Part shown: positions 41,864 through 54,243 of the stretch, piece after piece | Layout of the letters: the number at the start of each line of letters is the position of its first letter | Numbering within the stretch: position 1 is the first letter of the stretch | Assembly: GCA_951406725.2 (NCBI GenBank) | Contig: OX597815.1 | Coordinates: forward strand, 62,186,001-62,250,000 | Source: Octopus vulgaris | Lineage: Eukaryota | Direction: 5' to 3' | DNA: 64,000 nucleotides | Notes under the pieces: model-generated | The model's database searches: none | What the model was told of the DNA's origin: nothing | What the model saw: the letters and a program-made list of their open reading frames with translations, nothing else | Program-made: the position numbers and the translations under genes

Positions 41864-42345
41864 GCATGTATGTATGTATGTATGTATGTATGTATGTATG
41901 TATGTATGTATGTATGTATGTATGTACGTACGTACGTATGTATGTATGTATGTATGTATGTATGTATGTATGTATGTATGTATGTATGTATGTATGTATG
42001 TATGTATGTATGTATGTTTGTACGTACGTACGTATGTATGTATGTATGTATGTATGTATGTATGTATGTATGTATGTATGTATGTATGTATGTATGTACG
42101 TACGTACGTACGTATGTATGTATGTATGTATGTATGTATGTACGTACGTACGTACGTATGTATGTATGTATGTATGTTTGTACGTACGTACGTATGTATG
42201 TATGTATGTATGTATGTATGTATGTATGTACGTACGTACGTACGTACGTATGTATGTATGTATGTATGTATGTATGTTTGTATGTATGTATGTATGTATG
42301 TACGTACGTACGTATGTATGTATGTATGTATGTATGTATGTACGT
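41864..42345. repeat. (TATG)n tract with interspersed TACG and TTTG variants
   Basis: Direct reading. Confidence 0.95.
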
Positions 42346-43137
42346 ATACATATACATGCATACGGGTGTATGTATATGTATCTGTGTGTATGTGTGTATG
42401 TGTGTATGTGTATCTGGGTTCGAATGTAGTAAATATATACGACTGAGTTTTATTCTGTATGAATATTTTCCCGCTGATAAGAACAATTTTGATATAACGG
42501 CGGTGCATCAGCATGGCCGCAGCTCTGAGCTGAAACTGTAGACAAAAATGTGTATATATTCTATTGTTACTCACACCAAATAAGGGACAGCCTATGGTCA
42601 AACACCAAGGACCGGCACCAGCACCACCACCTTCCACCACCACCGCCACCACCACCACCACCACCACCACCACCACCACCACCACCACCACCATTAACAA
42701 TAGTGAGCACTGACATTTGCGCGTCATCTGCCATACTACTCTCCCAGCGAAGAATCGAGAGAGAATTTTGCATGATTTTATAAGTCTGAGATCAAATTCT
42801 CGGAGGTGAGACCACATTAGAGAAGCGTTAGCGAAATGAAAGACAAAAAAATGAACAGAAAAAAAATAAACCAAATGCATTGTCACCAAGTGTTTACGGT
42901 CGACCAGACAGGGCTAAGTAGGCCTCCCATTGACCTTCTCAAGGTGGTCTTTAAACAACAGCAACTGCAGGTATGAAGTAGCGCTAATATATACTGTAAT
43001 TATCCTATTTGGTTTCTTTACAAATAATCTCACCTAATCTTCTTGTCTGCATCAGTTATTTTAAACGGATACGCTTCATGAATATGTATATCAATGTAAG
43101 TCTGTCTACACTTGCACCACTAGCTCAAATAGGCACA

Positions 43138-43190
<53 letters not shown>

Positions 43191-43229
43191 ATGTGTATAT
43201 ATATTTATATTTATATATATATATATGTA

Positions 43230-43281
<52 letters not shown>

Positions 43282-44058
43282 CATATGTGTGTGCATATAT
43301 ATATATATATATATAAAACATAACATACATAATACATATAATGCAAATAGATCCAAAGGTGGTTTCGATCATGAGTACCTCAATTTGTTCAATCAAGCAA
43401 ACTACCTTCTCAGTGTGAGTGGCTGAATACTCTACTGACACATGTACCCTTACCGCAAGAATCAGCTTACACGATATTCATGGGTGAGACAAGGCTGGAC
43501 TTCTGAATTAAAGGATCAGTGTATTCGAAGGGCTTCGCTATAGTTTCCGTTTCATCAATTTCGTTCGCATTTCAAGAGTCGAGTCGAGTACAAGGTAAAT
43601 AACATTAGCTCCAGATACCAGGGAGTGAGAGCAAAAGCAAGACTTGGGGAGTTGAAAGCGAACTCCTTAATGAATTGGCCAAAACCAAACACATTATGTA
43701 TGTATGTATGTATGTATGTATGTATGTATGTATGTATGTATGTATGTATGTATTTATGTATGTATGCATGTATGTATGTATATTATATACATACACAGAC
43801 ACATGTGCACACAAACACACACACACACACACACGTATACATGCATGTATGTACTATTTATGTATGTATGTGTGTATATTTCTATATGTACTTATTGCAT
43901 ATATACATATTCATAAAAAAAGACACATACATTTGCATACAGCACAGATGTCGCAAGAGAAAAGTTCTGCCCTTTGATTAATGTTAGATTAAGCTTAGCA
44001 TTTATTTTTTTAAACAAGTGGGATGTTGTGCACGTATGTATATAAAAATATATATACA

Positions 44059-44102
<44 letters not shown>

Positions 44103-44149
44103 CATATATATATATGCGTGTGTGTGTGTAAATACTATCATATACGCGC

Positions 44150-44415
44150 AGAGATGGAAGTGTGGTAAGTAGTTTGCTTACCAACCACATAGTTCCCCAC
44201 CATAGCTTGACATCCAATGCTGGTGTTGTTACGTCCCCGTAAGTTAGCTGTTCGGCAAAAGAGACCGATAGAATATGTATCAGACTTACAAAAAATAAGT
44301 TTTGGGGTCGATTTCTTCGACTAAATGTAGTGCTCCAGCATTTGACATCACGTGCTGTGCTCCAATATGGCCGCAGTCAAATGACTGAAACAAATAAAAG
44401 AAAAGAAAGTAAAAG
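44150..44415 (+). mobile_element. SINE family C, internally deleted
   Basis: gtggtaagtagtttgcttaccaaccac joined directly to the tail ...ggccgcagtcaaatgactgaaacaaataaaag. Confidence 0.8.
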
Positions 44416-44459
44416 AGTATATATACGTGTATATATACACATATACATATATATATGTA

Positions 44460-44708
<249 letters not shown>

Positions 44709-44719
44709 TAATCATACAC

Positions 44720-44950
44720 GCGGAAGCGCGTGGCTTAGTGGTTAGGGTGTCAGCATCATCATCGTAAGATTGTGTTTTCGATTCCTGGACCGGGCGACAC
44801 TTCATTTCACGTTGCTCCACTCCACGCAGCTGGCAAAAATGAGTAACGCTGCAATGGATTGGCGTCCCGTCCAGCTGGGGAACACATACACCATTGAAAC
44901 CGGGAAACCGGTCCCATGAGATTGGCTAGGCTTTAAAAGGGCGCATTTAT
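44720..44950 (+). mobile_element. tRNA-derived SINE (head A plus tail Z, Nin/V-domain-like)
   Basis: gtggcttagtggttaggg...ttcgattcc; ccactccacgcagctggcaaaaatgagta; ctgcaatggattggcgtcccgtccag...gaaaccggg. Confidence 0.8.
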
Positions 44951-45120
44951 TTAATTGTTATCGCCATATTAATATGGCAGTCTTATAGATATAAGACTAA
45001 AAGCAGTCGCTGATTAGCTCCATGAGCCCATCGCCTTAAGATAGCTATTTGGCACACAAACTGTGTCCATTATAACCTTTGAACAGGGGAGGTCAGCCGC
45101 TTCACACTGCTAGTCAGACA

Positions 45121-45163
45121 GCTACAGACGCGTTTCAGGGTATTTGCCCTTTGTCAATGTAGC
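45121..45163 (-). ncRNA. Intact minimal type I hammerhead ribozyme, U3:A8 core variant
   Basis: Minus strand: GCUACA-UUGACAA-AGGG caaaua CCCU-GAAA-C GC GUC-UGUAGC; perfect 6-bp stem I, 4-bp stem II, palindromic ACGCGU stem III, GUC triplet. Confidence 0.85.
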
Positions 45164-45211
45164 ATAGTTAACCCAGCAGGTGTCGCCACTGATCGTCTCT
45201 GTTCGAAGGTT

Positions 45212-45258
45212 TTATTTACCTAGTTTCGGTGGAATACATCCACTTGTTTTCAATAATA
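45212..45258 (-). ncRNA. Second, weaker U3:A8 hammerhead-like motif
   Basis: Minus strand: UAUUa-UUGAAAA-caa GUGG gauguauu CCAC c-GAAA-C UAG GUA-AAUA. Confidence 0.45.
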
Positions 45259-45412
45259 GAAATATTAAAATTACTAAGTCTTGTTCGAAGGTTATAATGG
45301 ACACAGTTTGTGTGTCAAATAGCTATCTTAAGGCGATGGCCTCATGGAGCTAAGCAGCGACAGCTTTTAGTCTTATATCTATAAGACTGCCATATTAATA
45401 TGGCGATAACAA

Positions 45413-45494
<82 letters not shown>

Positions 45495-45512
45495 TGTATA
45501 TACATATATATA

Positions 45513-45721
45513 GTATAAAAGATCGTAGGTAAGGCCAAAACAATACGAAATAAATGCAAGGTAAATTACAAGAAATGTAATTTATGTGAATTAATGTGAA
45601 TTAATGTAGACTAATGTATTGTATTCAATATTTCGGGGTTATGACACCATTTTCAAGAAATTGACGAATGTTGGCGATGTGCATATCGGCAACATTCGTC
45701 AATTTCTACGATCTTTTATAC
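45513..45721. mobile_element. 209-bp element with 16-bp perfect inverted termini, a U3:A8 hammerhead-like motif and a 50-bp hairpin
   Basis: gtataaaagatcgtag / ctacgatcttttatac; minus 45624-45659 UUC-UUGAAAA-uGGUG ucauaa CCCC-GAAA-U AUU-GAA; hairpin 45657-45706; TA tracts on both sides. Confidence 0.7.
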
Positions 45722-45764
45722 AATATATTCTACACAATACTTCACAGTAATTATTCTATTATAA

Positions 45765-45891
<127 letters not shown>

Positions 45892-46254
45892 TGTATGTAC
45901 CTCTCTTACTATGCATATAATAATATATATGTATACATATACGCGTGTACACACACACATACTTACACACATATTCATATGGGTATGTATAATGAATTCC
46001 CAAATCCACTGCAATACTAATAACCTGTTAGCGCTCAAAATACGTTTTAGAGAAAAGCGTCAGGAACTAACCTGTCGCTTTTGTCTAATATATCTCTCAA
46101 TAAACGACAAAAGCAGTTTTAGAACCCTATGTGTATTGTCGTTCGTGTTATGTTACTAGCATCACTTCTTATGAATCTGAATTTAGTTTTATCATAAGAT
46201 TACATGAAGAAAATGAACATAACGGATTGTTCATACGATGTTTTTGAACTATAT

Positions 46255-46463
46255 ATATATTCTTTTATTTGTCTGTCATTTGACTGCAGACATGCAGGAG
46301 AAGCGCCTTTAGTCGACGAAATCGACCCCAGAACTTATTCTTTGTAAGCCTAGTACTTATTCTATCGGTCACTTCTGCCGAACTGCTAAGATACGGGGAC
46401 GTAAACACACCAGCCTCGGTTGTCAAGCGATGTTACGGGGGACAAACACAGACACAGAAACAC

Positions 46464-46521
<58 letters not shown>

Positions 46522-46595
46522 GACAGGTTTCTTTCAGTTTCCGTCTACCAAATCCACTCACAAGGCTTTGGTCGGCCTGAGGCTAAAGTAGAAGC
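46255..46595 (-). mobile_element. SINE family C, head missing
   Basis: tcatttgactgc...cagtttccgtctaccaaatccactcacaaggctttggtcggcc. Confidence 0.85.
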
Positions 46596-46599
46596 TTTT

Positions 46600-47860
46600 A
46601 TCAACAGATTTTTAAAAAAATTCCTCACACTATCTGCGATATTTTCTATTATAGTTTTGTAAAAGTTTAATGATGTTTTAATTAAAGGTATGTCCTTGGA
46701 GGTCTTGAGGACGAATCCCTCAAATTCCTTTCCCCCTGTCTTTATACTGTTTTTATTTTGATTTACAAAATCCATCAATTCACTGTTGCACTTGTTCACA
46801 ACAGTGAAATTGATGGATATATTTCGTCTATAGACTGAAGAATAGCTTTGAAGTTCTGTAATTGGTTGTTTCTGTGATTCCATGCTGGTGTTGATGACGT
46901 TGCTGTTTGGAAGTTGTTGATCTTGTTCTTGTTTTTGTTGGAGTGGTTGTGAATTGTGTTGCAGTTGTGATTTCAGAATACGTTTCCGTTGATTTCTTGG
47001 AGTAGGGCGCATTCTCCTCCTCTTTCGCTTACTCACTTTCGCTGCTGTGATCTATTGATAGTTCAGCTCTTCTTTTTCTATGTCATTGCAGTTGACGTTG
47101 GTTTGGGAGGAAGAACATTCAGAAGAAACTTGCTTTGCTGTGGCAATCTGGGGTAGACTCCTTCTTTGTCTTGGTTTGGGAGTGGTTGTGAACGTGGGTG
47201 TGCGAGTGAGTGTAGGCATCTTGAGCACTTGTTTATGATTTTGACATGTGGTGCTTGTAATGTTGGCAGCAGCGGGACTTTATTTTTTCTTGTTTCAGGG
47301 CATAAAGCCTTTAAGTGATTTACAGATCCACATGTGTGGCATCTTGACTCTTTACCCTCCATGAACACTAACATGTGGGTAACATCTGGGAGAGTGATTA
47401 GATCGTGCAGCTGCTTGATATGGTCCTGCTTGCATTGCAAGGTCAGTTCCATAGCTTTAACTAATTTTGCTTTGGTAATTTCTTGACCTCAAATATTGTG
47501 ACTTCATCTTCTTCTAAACCTGCCTAGACGGCCGCCACTAACCAGGTAATGGATATTCCTGGAGGCACATTCAGCACCCTAATCTTGGCAAGACGTTAGC
47601 TGCGATAGCTGGGGATTAAAAAAAAGTTGTAATTCCTCAAAGTTATTTTGGAATTACATCTAGCTCCTTCTTTCATCCCAAATCTCACCTCAATAGTTCA
47701 AAACTTCTTACCTCGGGCGATGTGGGTCTTTTGTTCCCACATGCGTCCAAGGCATTTTTGTACTTCGTTCTCAGGAGCATTTTCCTCCTGCCTAAACTGC
47801 TTTCAATACCTAACTGTCACTAAAAAGGTTTCCTTATATTGGGATAGGTATCTCATTAAG
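46600..47860 (-). mobile_element. Second ORF1-only RRM-like plus CCHC element, decayed
   Basis: KIRVLNVPPGISITWLVAAV, LVFMEGKESRCHTCGSVNHLKALC, followed by a basic, Q/P-rich tail. Confidence 0.7.
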
Positions 47861-47929
47861 TTCTCGAATCCGGTACACACGCAGTCTTCCATACTTATCA
47901 GTCTCCTTCCTCCATTTGCTCTTTTTCTG

Positions 47930-49110
47930 TATAGGCGATTAAAGTCTGCATATGGATGATGGGCTCCATGCATTAGCTGATAAAATGATAATTAAAAATT
48001 GTAGATGCAGATTGACAGGAATTAATGTAGCATGGGTAGATTACATGGTATCATACCGTTGGATAAGTAAAACAAAGACCATGTTTGGAATAGCAAAGAA
48101 CATGGAGAGAATGCTTAATGAAAGTATGAAATATTGGAATACTGAATTGATTGGAGGAATCAAAGCCTCGGAAAACGGAACATTAGAAATGGAATTTTCC
48201 AAGGTGATAGCTTATCTCCATTACTGTTCGTATTGCCATCACACCGCTAACTATGATACTACGAAAAGTTAAAATTGCTAACGTTTTGGGAAAAGGAAAT
48301 GGTCAGGTAAAGCATCTCCTTTTCATGGAGGATATAAAAGTTTATGAAAAAATAAGAAACAGCTTGAAAGTCTTGTACATCTGCATTTTCTCAAATGACT
48401 TAGGTATGAAATTTGGGATAGAAAAGCGCGCTGTATTGAAAATGAAACGAGGGAGATTTGAAAGAATCAGGGAATTGAAATAACAAACAATTGGGCAAAC
48501 AATGAGAGCGGTTGAGAATGGACAGTGGTATAAGTGCTTAAGGGAATATTGGAGGTAGACGAAATAAAAAATGAAGAAATGAAACAAATTACCAGTAGAG
48601 GGTAAACAAGGAGAATAGAATTATTGCAGTCAAAGCTGAATTCAGAAAATCTTGTTGAAGCAATAAATTCAAGGGCAGTACTCTTAATCAGATGTGGAGT
48701 TGGAATAATAGACTGGACCAGAAATTAAATAAAGAAAGAAACTTGACAGAAAAAACTAGAAAGTTGTTGACGATGTATGGAGCCCACAATCCGAAAGCTG
48801 ATATCAACCGGCAGTATTTGAGGAGAAACCAAGGTGGAAGAGGTTTAATGGTAGTAGAAGAATGTGAACAGATGGAAAGTAAAAGTCTAGCAGAGTATTT
48901 ACAGAACAACACAGAAAAACTACTAAAGACTGAATAAAGGTCAGGTGATCAAGCGCGGAATAGAAGGAAAGGATAAGAATTTAAATACAAAGAGAGTACG
49001 TCTGACAGATAGAAGAAAAACCTCTACATGGCCAATTTTGGAGAGTCACTGGGCTTGGTTAAAGAAGGCGCAATTAAAATGACAGCTGAAAACTTGTGGA
49101 TACCTAAGGT
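47930..49110 (+). mobile_element. R4/Dong-type RT fragment, decayed
   Basis: DKMIIKNC...INVAWVDY, GIFQGDSLSPLLF, HLLFMEDIKVY, MKFGIEK, LTMYGAHNPKADINRQYLRRNQGGRGL; followed by (TAA)n. Confidence 0.9.
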
Positions 49111-49240
49111 TACAAGTAGTAACCTGCTACGCACATAAATCCTACCAGTAATAAGACCGAACCTGAGCTAAACCAAAATAATGATAATAATGATATTAAT
49201 AATGATAATAATAATGATGATAATAATAATAATAATAATA

Positions 49241-49318
<78 letters not shown>

Positions 49319-49399
49319 TTGATGATAATGATGATGATGATGATGAGGATAATGCTAACAATAACAATAATAATGATGATGATGATTATGACGATGATG

Positions 49400-49685
49400 G
49401 ACTCTTTCGTCGAAGACGACGCGTGGGCATTCACCTTTTGCTGAACGATTTGCACAAATAATTCGTTTCTAGTGATCAAATGTATGTGCCGTACATTGCC
49501 TCACTCCTTCCATCAAATTGGCGTTGCCTGAACAGGTACACGGTGTACCGCGCGTCAGGTATCGAATTGATAGCAGAGCAACATTAGATGAAGTGTTGAA
49601 GTGATTTACACAAGAACCTCAGTAGGAATTGAAACCATGGTCTTACAATCCCGAATGCGACACGCTGACCACCAAGCCCATCCCC
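49400..49685 (-). mobile_element. tRNA-derived SINE (head A plus a further tail W), diverged
   Basis: Minus strand ggcttggtggtcagcgtg...tgtaagaccatggtttcaattcc...acacttcatctaatgttgctc resembles the 44720 head; different tail. Confidence 0.6.
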
Positions 49686-49729
49686 TTGGCAATAAGGTCA
49701 CTGCTCAGTAATATTAGACATACTTATTA

Positions 49730-50960
49730 AAGAAAATGGACAGTGTGTCAATCGACACCCGGAATAAAAAAAAAGAGAGAACTTTCAGAGTCAAACCAAA
49801 TGTGGGTCAAAATGTTTTCTGGTTGTTTGATTCCTTCCAATAACATAGGCATGAAGACCTCCATTGACCGGATAACTCCCAACAATGGCCATCGAGCACA
49901 CCTTTTTCACCGAACAAACATACTTAAACTGGAGGAAGTACCGAACACGGACGCCAATAAATTAGCTAATGATCGCAGGAACATCATAAAGAAATTGCTG
50001 TTGACTGACCTTGATTCAATTGTATATTTAGGTCAATAGTCATACAAGTAATAACGCAAATAACGATACAAAACATGCTCCCATGGTGGAAGTAGAACCT
50101 AGCATGACAAATACCCAAAGCGAGGTTATCAATGAAATTGCCCCTGGCACTGATTTAATTTATAGTGGAAGAGGAAACAAACACTGAACTTGACAAGCTA
50201 AAAGCAAAAATTCTATCAGAGTGGCTGAAGGTCAAACACACCAGACAGAGAGATCACAATGATCTTCCTAAAATTCACAACTCAAAACAAAATGGCGGAT
50301 TAATAGGCAAAGTAAATGTAGTTATAATTTTCATCTCACTTCGCTAAATAATCTACTTTATGCAGCAGCTTCAATAACTATTGCATAATGTAGTAATCAA
50401 ATAAAGAAAAAGACTTGGAATATAAACAGGAAACCAGTGTGGCATGAAAGAATTATAAATAAAATTAGTATACTTAGATCTGCTATTGAACCATTCAAAA
50501 ATATCAAGAGCAAAAACAGGTCAAAATGCCGAAACTGACAAAAAAAGAAAAGAAAAAGTGAAATTGACGAAGCAATTGAAAAAGATAAGGAAATCATCCA
50601 AGCCAAAGCGGCACGGAAAAGGAGACTCGAAAAAAATATTTGACTTATGTTTTGAAACAATCTTAAAAGTTTTTATAGGAAAATTACAAAAGCTAATATA
50701 AATATAAAAACTACACCTACCAATGGAGAAGTACAAAAGTTTTGGACATCGATCCGGTCGCACCCTAAACAACACAATCGTAATATTCCCCGGATTCATC
50801 AACAAGTCAGAAACCGTGAATATTAAATTGTAAATATGGAAAGATGTCTCTGTTGAAGGTCACAAGTCTACACTGAGAAAATCCAACAAATAGAAATCAC
50901 ATGGGAAAGATAACATCCCTAACTGCTGACCAAATGCTTTTCCTTGAATCTCATGGGAAA
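49730..50960 (+). mobile_element. R4/Dong-type N-terminal fragment, heavily decayed
   Basis: LANDRRNIIKK, LPKI, NLLYAAASI, KPVWHERIINKI..LR, EVQKFWTSI, KSHGKDNIPN parallel the N-terminal region at 4239-5495. Confidence 0.65.
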
Positions 50961-51197
50961 CTGACCCACTACTGACCCATTATGGCCGAAAAATAACCAC
51001 TGAATTTTAAACGCCACTGATCTGGTTTCTTCTGAAATATGTTGATAAAAGCTAACTTTAAAGCAATTCTCCACCAAGTCGATAAAATTCTTGGAGGTAT
51101 TCTCTACAAAAGGTTAGTGCTTCGAAAGAAAACTATTTAGGGGACAATTTCTGTTTAGAGAAAAGTTGCTTAGAGTGATGCAGTTATATGTTGGGGA

Positions 51198-51578
51198 ATA
51201 CTCTTTTACTCTTTTACTTGTTTCAGTCATTTGACTGCGGCCATGCTGGATCACCGCCTTTAGTCGAGCAAATCGACCCCGGGACTTATTCTTTGTAAGC
51301 CCAGTACTTATTCTATTAGTCTCTTTTGCCGAACCGCTTTTGCCGACGTAAACACACCAGCATCGTTGTGGGACAACACAAACACACACACGCATATATA
51401 TATACATATATACGACAGGCTTCTTTCAGTTTCCGTCTACCAAATCCACTCACAAGGCATTGGTCGGCCCGGGGCTATAGCAGAAGACACTTGCCCAAGA
51501 TGCCACGCAGTGGGACTGAACCCGGAACAATGTGGTTGGTTAGCAAGCTACTTACCACACAGCCACTCCTGCGCCTAT
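51198..51578 (-). mobile_element. SINE family C, essentially full length
   Basis: ctcttttacttgtttcagtcatttgactgcggccatgctgg...gggactgaacccgg...cttaccacacagccactcct. Confidence 0.9.
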
Positions 51579-52089
51579 GATTTTGAAAGGTTTCTGGAAT
51601 TAAAATACTTCATGAAGCAGCAAAAATTTTTGAATGAGATTAGCTTACCTTAATAGTGTTTCTATTATGGAGTCGCTCATCTCTAATATTTTTGGGAAAA
51701 TGAACAAAGATTACTTCTAAGAAGTCTCTAAATATATATGTAAGGACGTTTAAATTAAAATCTGGATGATACCATAAAATAGAGCTTGGTCTATATATCT
51801 GACGATCGTGAAGTACATAGATTTTAAAAATATTTCATAAACTTCTTCCAAGAAATATGTTGACAATAAGTAAACTTAGCACTGTTAATACTTTGAATAC
51901 TCTTTCAATTTACAAATATATATTCTACTCTCAGTGTAAACCTAACAAAAGATTATTTTATATACATATGAATTTGAACCTCACTATGATAAGAAATTTG
52001 TCACCAACATTAGTAAACGCATATTCCCCTTATCTTCAGATGAGGATACATTCATTACTTCAATGACGAAGCAACAAATTAAACATATA

Positions 52090-53377
52090 CAGGGCGGGGA
52101 AGCAAAATTTACAATGAACGCTATGTTGTTTTTTCTCAGGAGGCACTAAGTCAATTGTTTTGAAACCTAGCATATATTGATGTCATACTCATACCTAACA
52201 CTATTATCATTACCTTTTCAGAAACTTTTGCCTATATGAGTAATCAGAAAAGCAAAAGTCAAAGAGTGTGTGATTTTCTGAATGCACTCGTCACACCAAA
52301 GGAGATTTCAAAAATAGTAGGAGTGTCCATAAAGACTATTTATAAAGTAAAGAATAAAATGACTATGAGCAAAACTATTACGAGGAAGTCTGGAAGTTGA
52401 GCAATCAACAAAAAACGTACCAAAGCTTTTATTAAAGCTCTCAAATCCAAAATCCTAAAGGATCCAATCGAATCCATGAGAAAAATGGCAATTAAATTTG
52501 AGGTAGACAACAAGACCGTTAGAAATGCTGTAAAATATGATTTGAGGTTAAAATCTTACACAAGAACAGCAAAACACTTGTTGACAACAGCTATGAAGGA
52601 AAAGAGATTGGAGAGGTGCGAGAAAATTATTACATGGTTCAAGAAAAAGTTCTCCATTGTAACGATCTTTTCAGATGAAAAGATCTTCACTGTCGATGCT
52701 GTTCTGAACAGCAGAAATGACATATTTATCGCAAAATCAACAGCTGAGGTTAAGGGGACATTCAAAACAAAAGATCCTGTTCAAGTTATGGCTTTTGGTG
52801 TTGTGGCTTCCGATGGAAAGAAAATGCCTATAATATTCTACAAAGCTGATGAAAAGATCAATGTTAATACTTACTACAAGACTCTGAGATACGAGGTATT
52901 GCCATGGCTTAAAGCAAACTTACCCAGATAGTAATTATGTATGGACACGGGATGGTGCTCCAGCCCACACAGCTAGAAAAATACAAGATTTCTGCAAATC
53001 CAACTTTAGCAATTTTTTGGAATCATGTTTATGGCCGCCTTCTAGCCTAGATCTAAACTCTCTGGATTATGATATTTGGGGCGTTTTAGAACATGCTACC
53101 AATAGAACATCACACAGCAATGTCGACTCTCTTAAAGATACTATTAAAGAAGAATGGGAGAAGTTGTCTCCCGAATATTTGAGGAACGCCTGTGAAAGTT
53201 TCAGGAAGCGTGTGAAGGCAGTTATTGAGAAAGGAGAACACATAGAATAAAAATATTTTCTATTATGTAAATTGTCTTGTGGCAAATAAATTCTCATGAA
53301 TTTCAATAAACAAATTGGTCATACAATATCTTTCAAACCCCGCCTCAAAATATTGTAAATTTTGCTTCCCCACCCTG
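52090..53377 (+). mobile_element. Full-length Tc1/mariner transposon, DD37D (maT) family, 1288 bp
   Basis: 26-bp TIRs cagggcggggaagcaaaatttacaat / attgtaaattttgcttccccaccctg (1 mismatch), TA on both sides. Confidence 0.95.
52236..53250 (+). pseudogene. DD37D transposase with in-frame TGA (52398-52400) and a frameshift near 52925
   Basis: IFSDEKIFTVD, DGAPAHT, WPPSSLDLNSLDYDIW; 37 residues counted between the second and third Asp. Confidence 0.9.
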
Positions 53378-54194
53378 TATATGCTATATGCTAATGTTTC
53401 CAAATGTGAAAAATAGTCAAAGAGATATCTTATGGTATAATCCAGTTTTTAATTTAAACATCCGTATACATCATATTAAATAGAATTCTTAAACTTAATC
53501 ACTTTTTGTTTTTTCGAATTTATTTACTAGAAACACAGTTAAGGCAAAGAGTTCTTTCAATAATTTTGCTAGTTCTATTAACCATTTTAATTCCAGAAAC
53601 ATTTTCAACATTTTCAGACAACGATATATTATAGTCTATTTTTTTATTGTAAGTTCATGACGCCAAAACAATTATCTACTAAAGATGACTTGAATTACTG
53701 GAAACTCATGGAAAGACATTTATGCAACGAGTTAGTTTCGCTTGCACTATTAATATTTTTACGCTCATGCTCTTGTCATTAAAAATACACCTTTTACAAT
53801 TTAGTGTATAGACATAAAAATATTCTCCAGCATTCTCTCTTAGCAAAATATATTGTTCCTGGGTCAAACTGATCTTTCCAAACACATATCACATAGTCAA
53901 TCCTTATTCTACATGAACAAACGAGTAGTCACTAAGGTATTCGGCATCATTTCTCTATGCATATCGTCCACTTACTTTTATGTTTCGTTCATCGAAGATC
54001 GATAACAAGAAACATTGGGTAAAGATTTGTGAAGTTTCAGTTTCCAATAAATTGTTTACATATGTGTGTATTCATGTGTATGAGCATAAATATGTATGTA
54101 CGTATGTACACGCACACACATACACACATACATATTATACATATATGTATATATACATATATACGTACAAACCCATACACATATGTGTGTGTGT

Positions 54195-54243
<49 letters not shown>

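Larger units (their letters stand above)
44951..45416. mobile_element. 466-bp non-coding element with 135-bp terminal inverted repeats and two internal hammerhead motifs
   Basis: 44951-45085 is a near-identical reverse complement of 45282-45416; followed by (TA)n. Confidence 0.9.
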
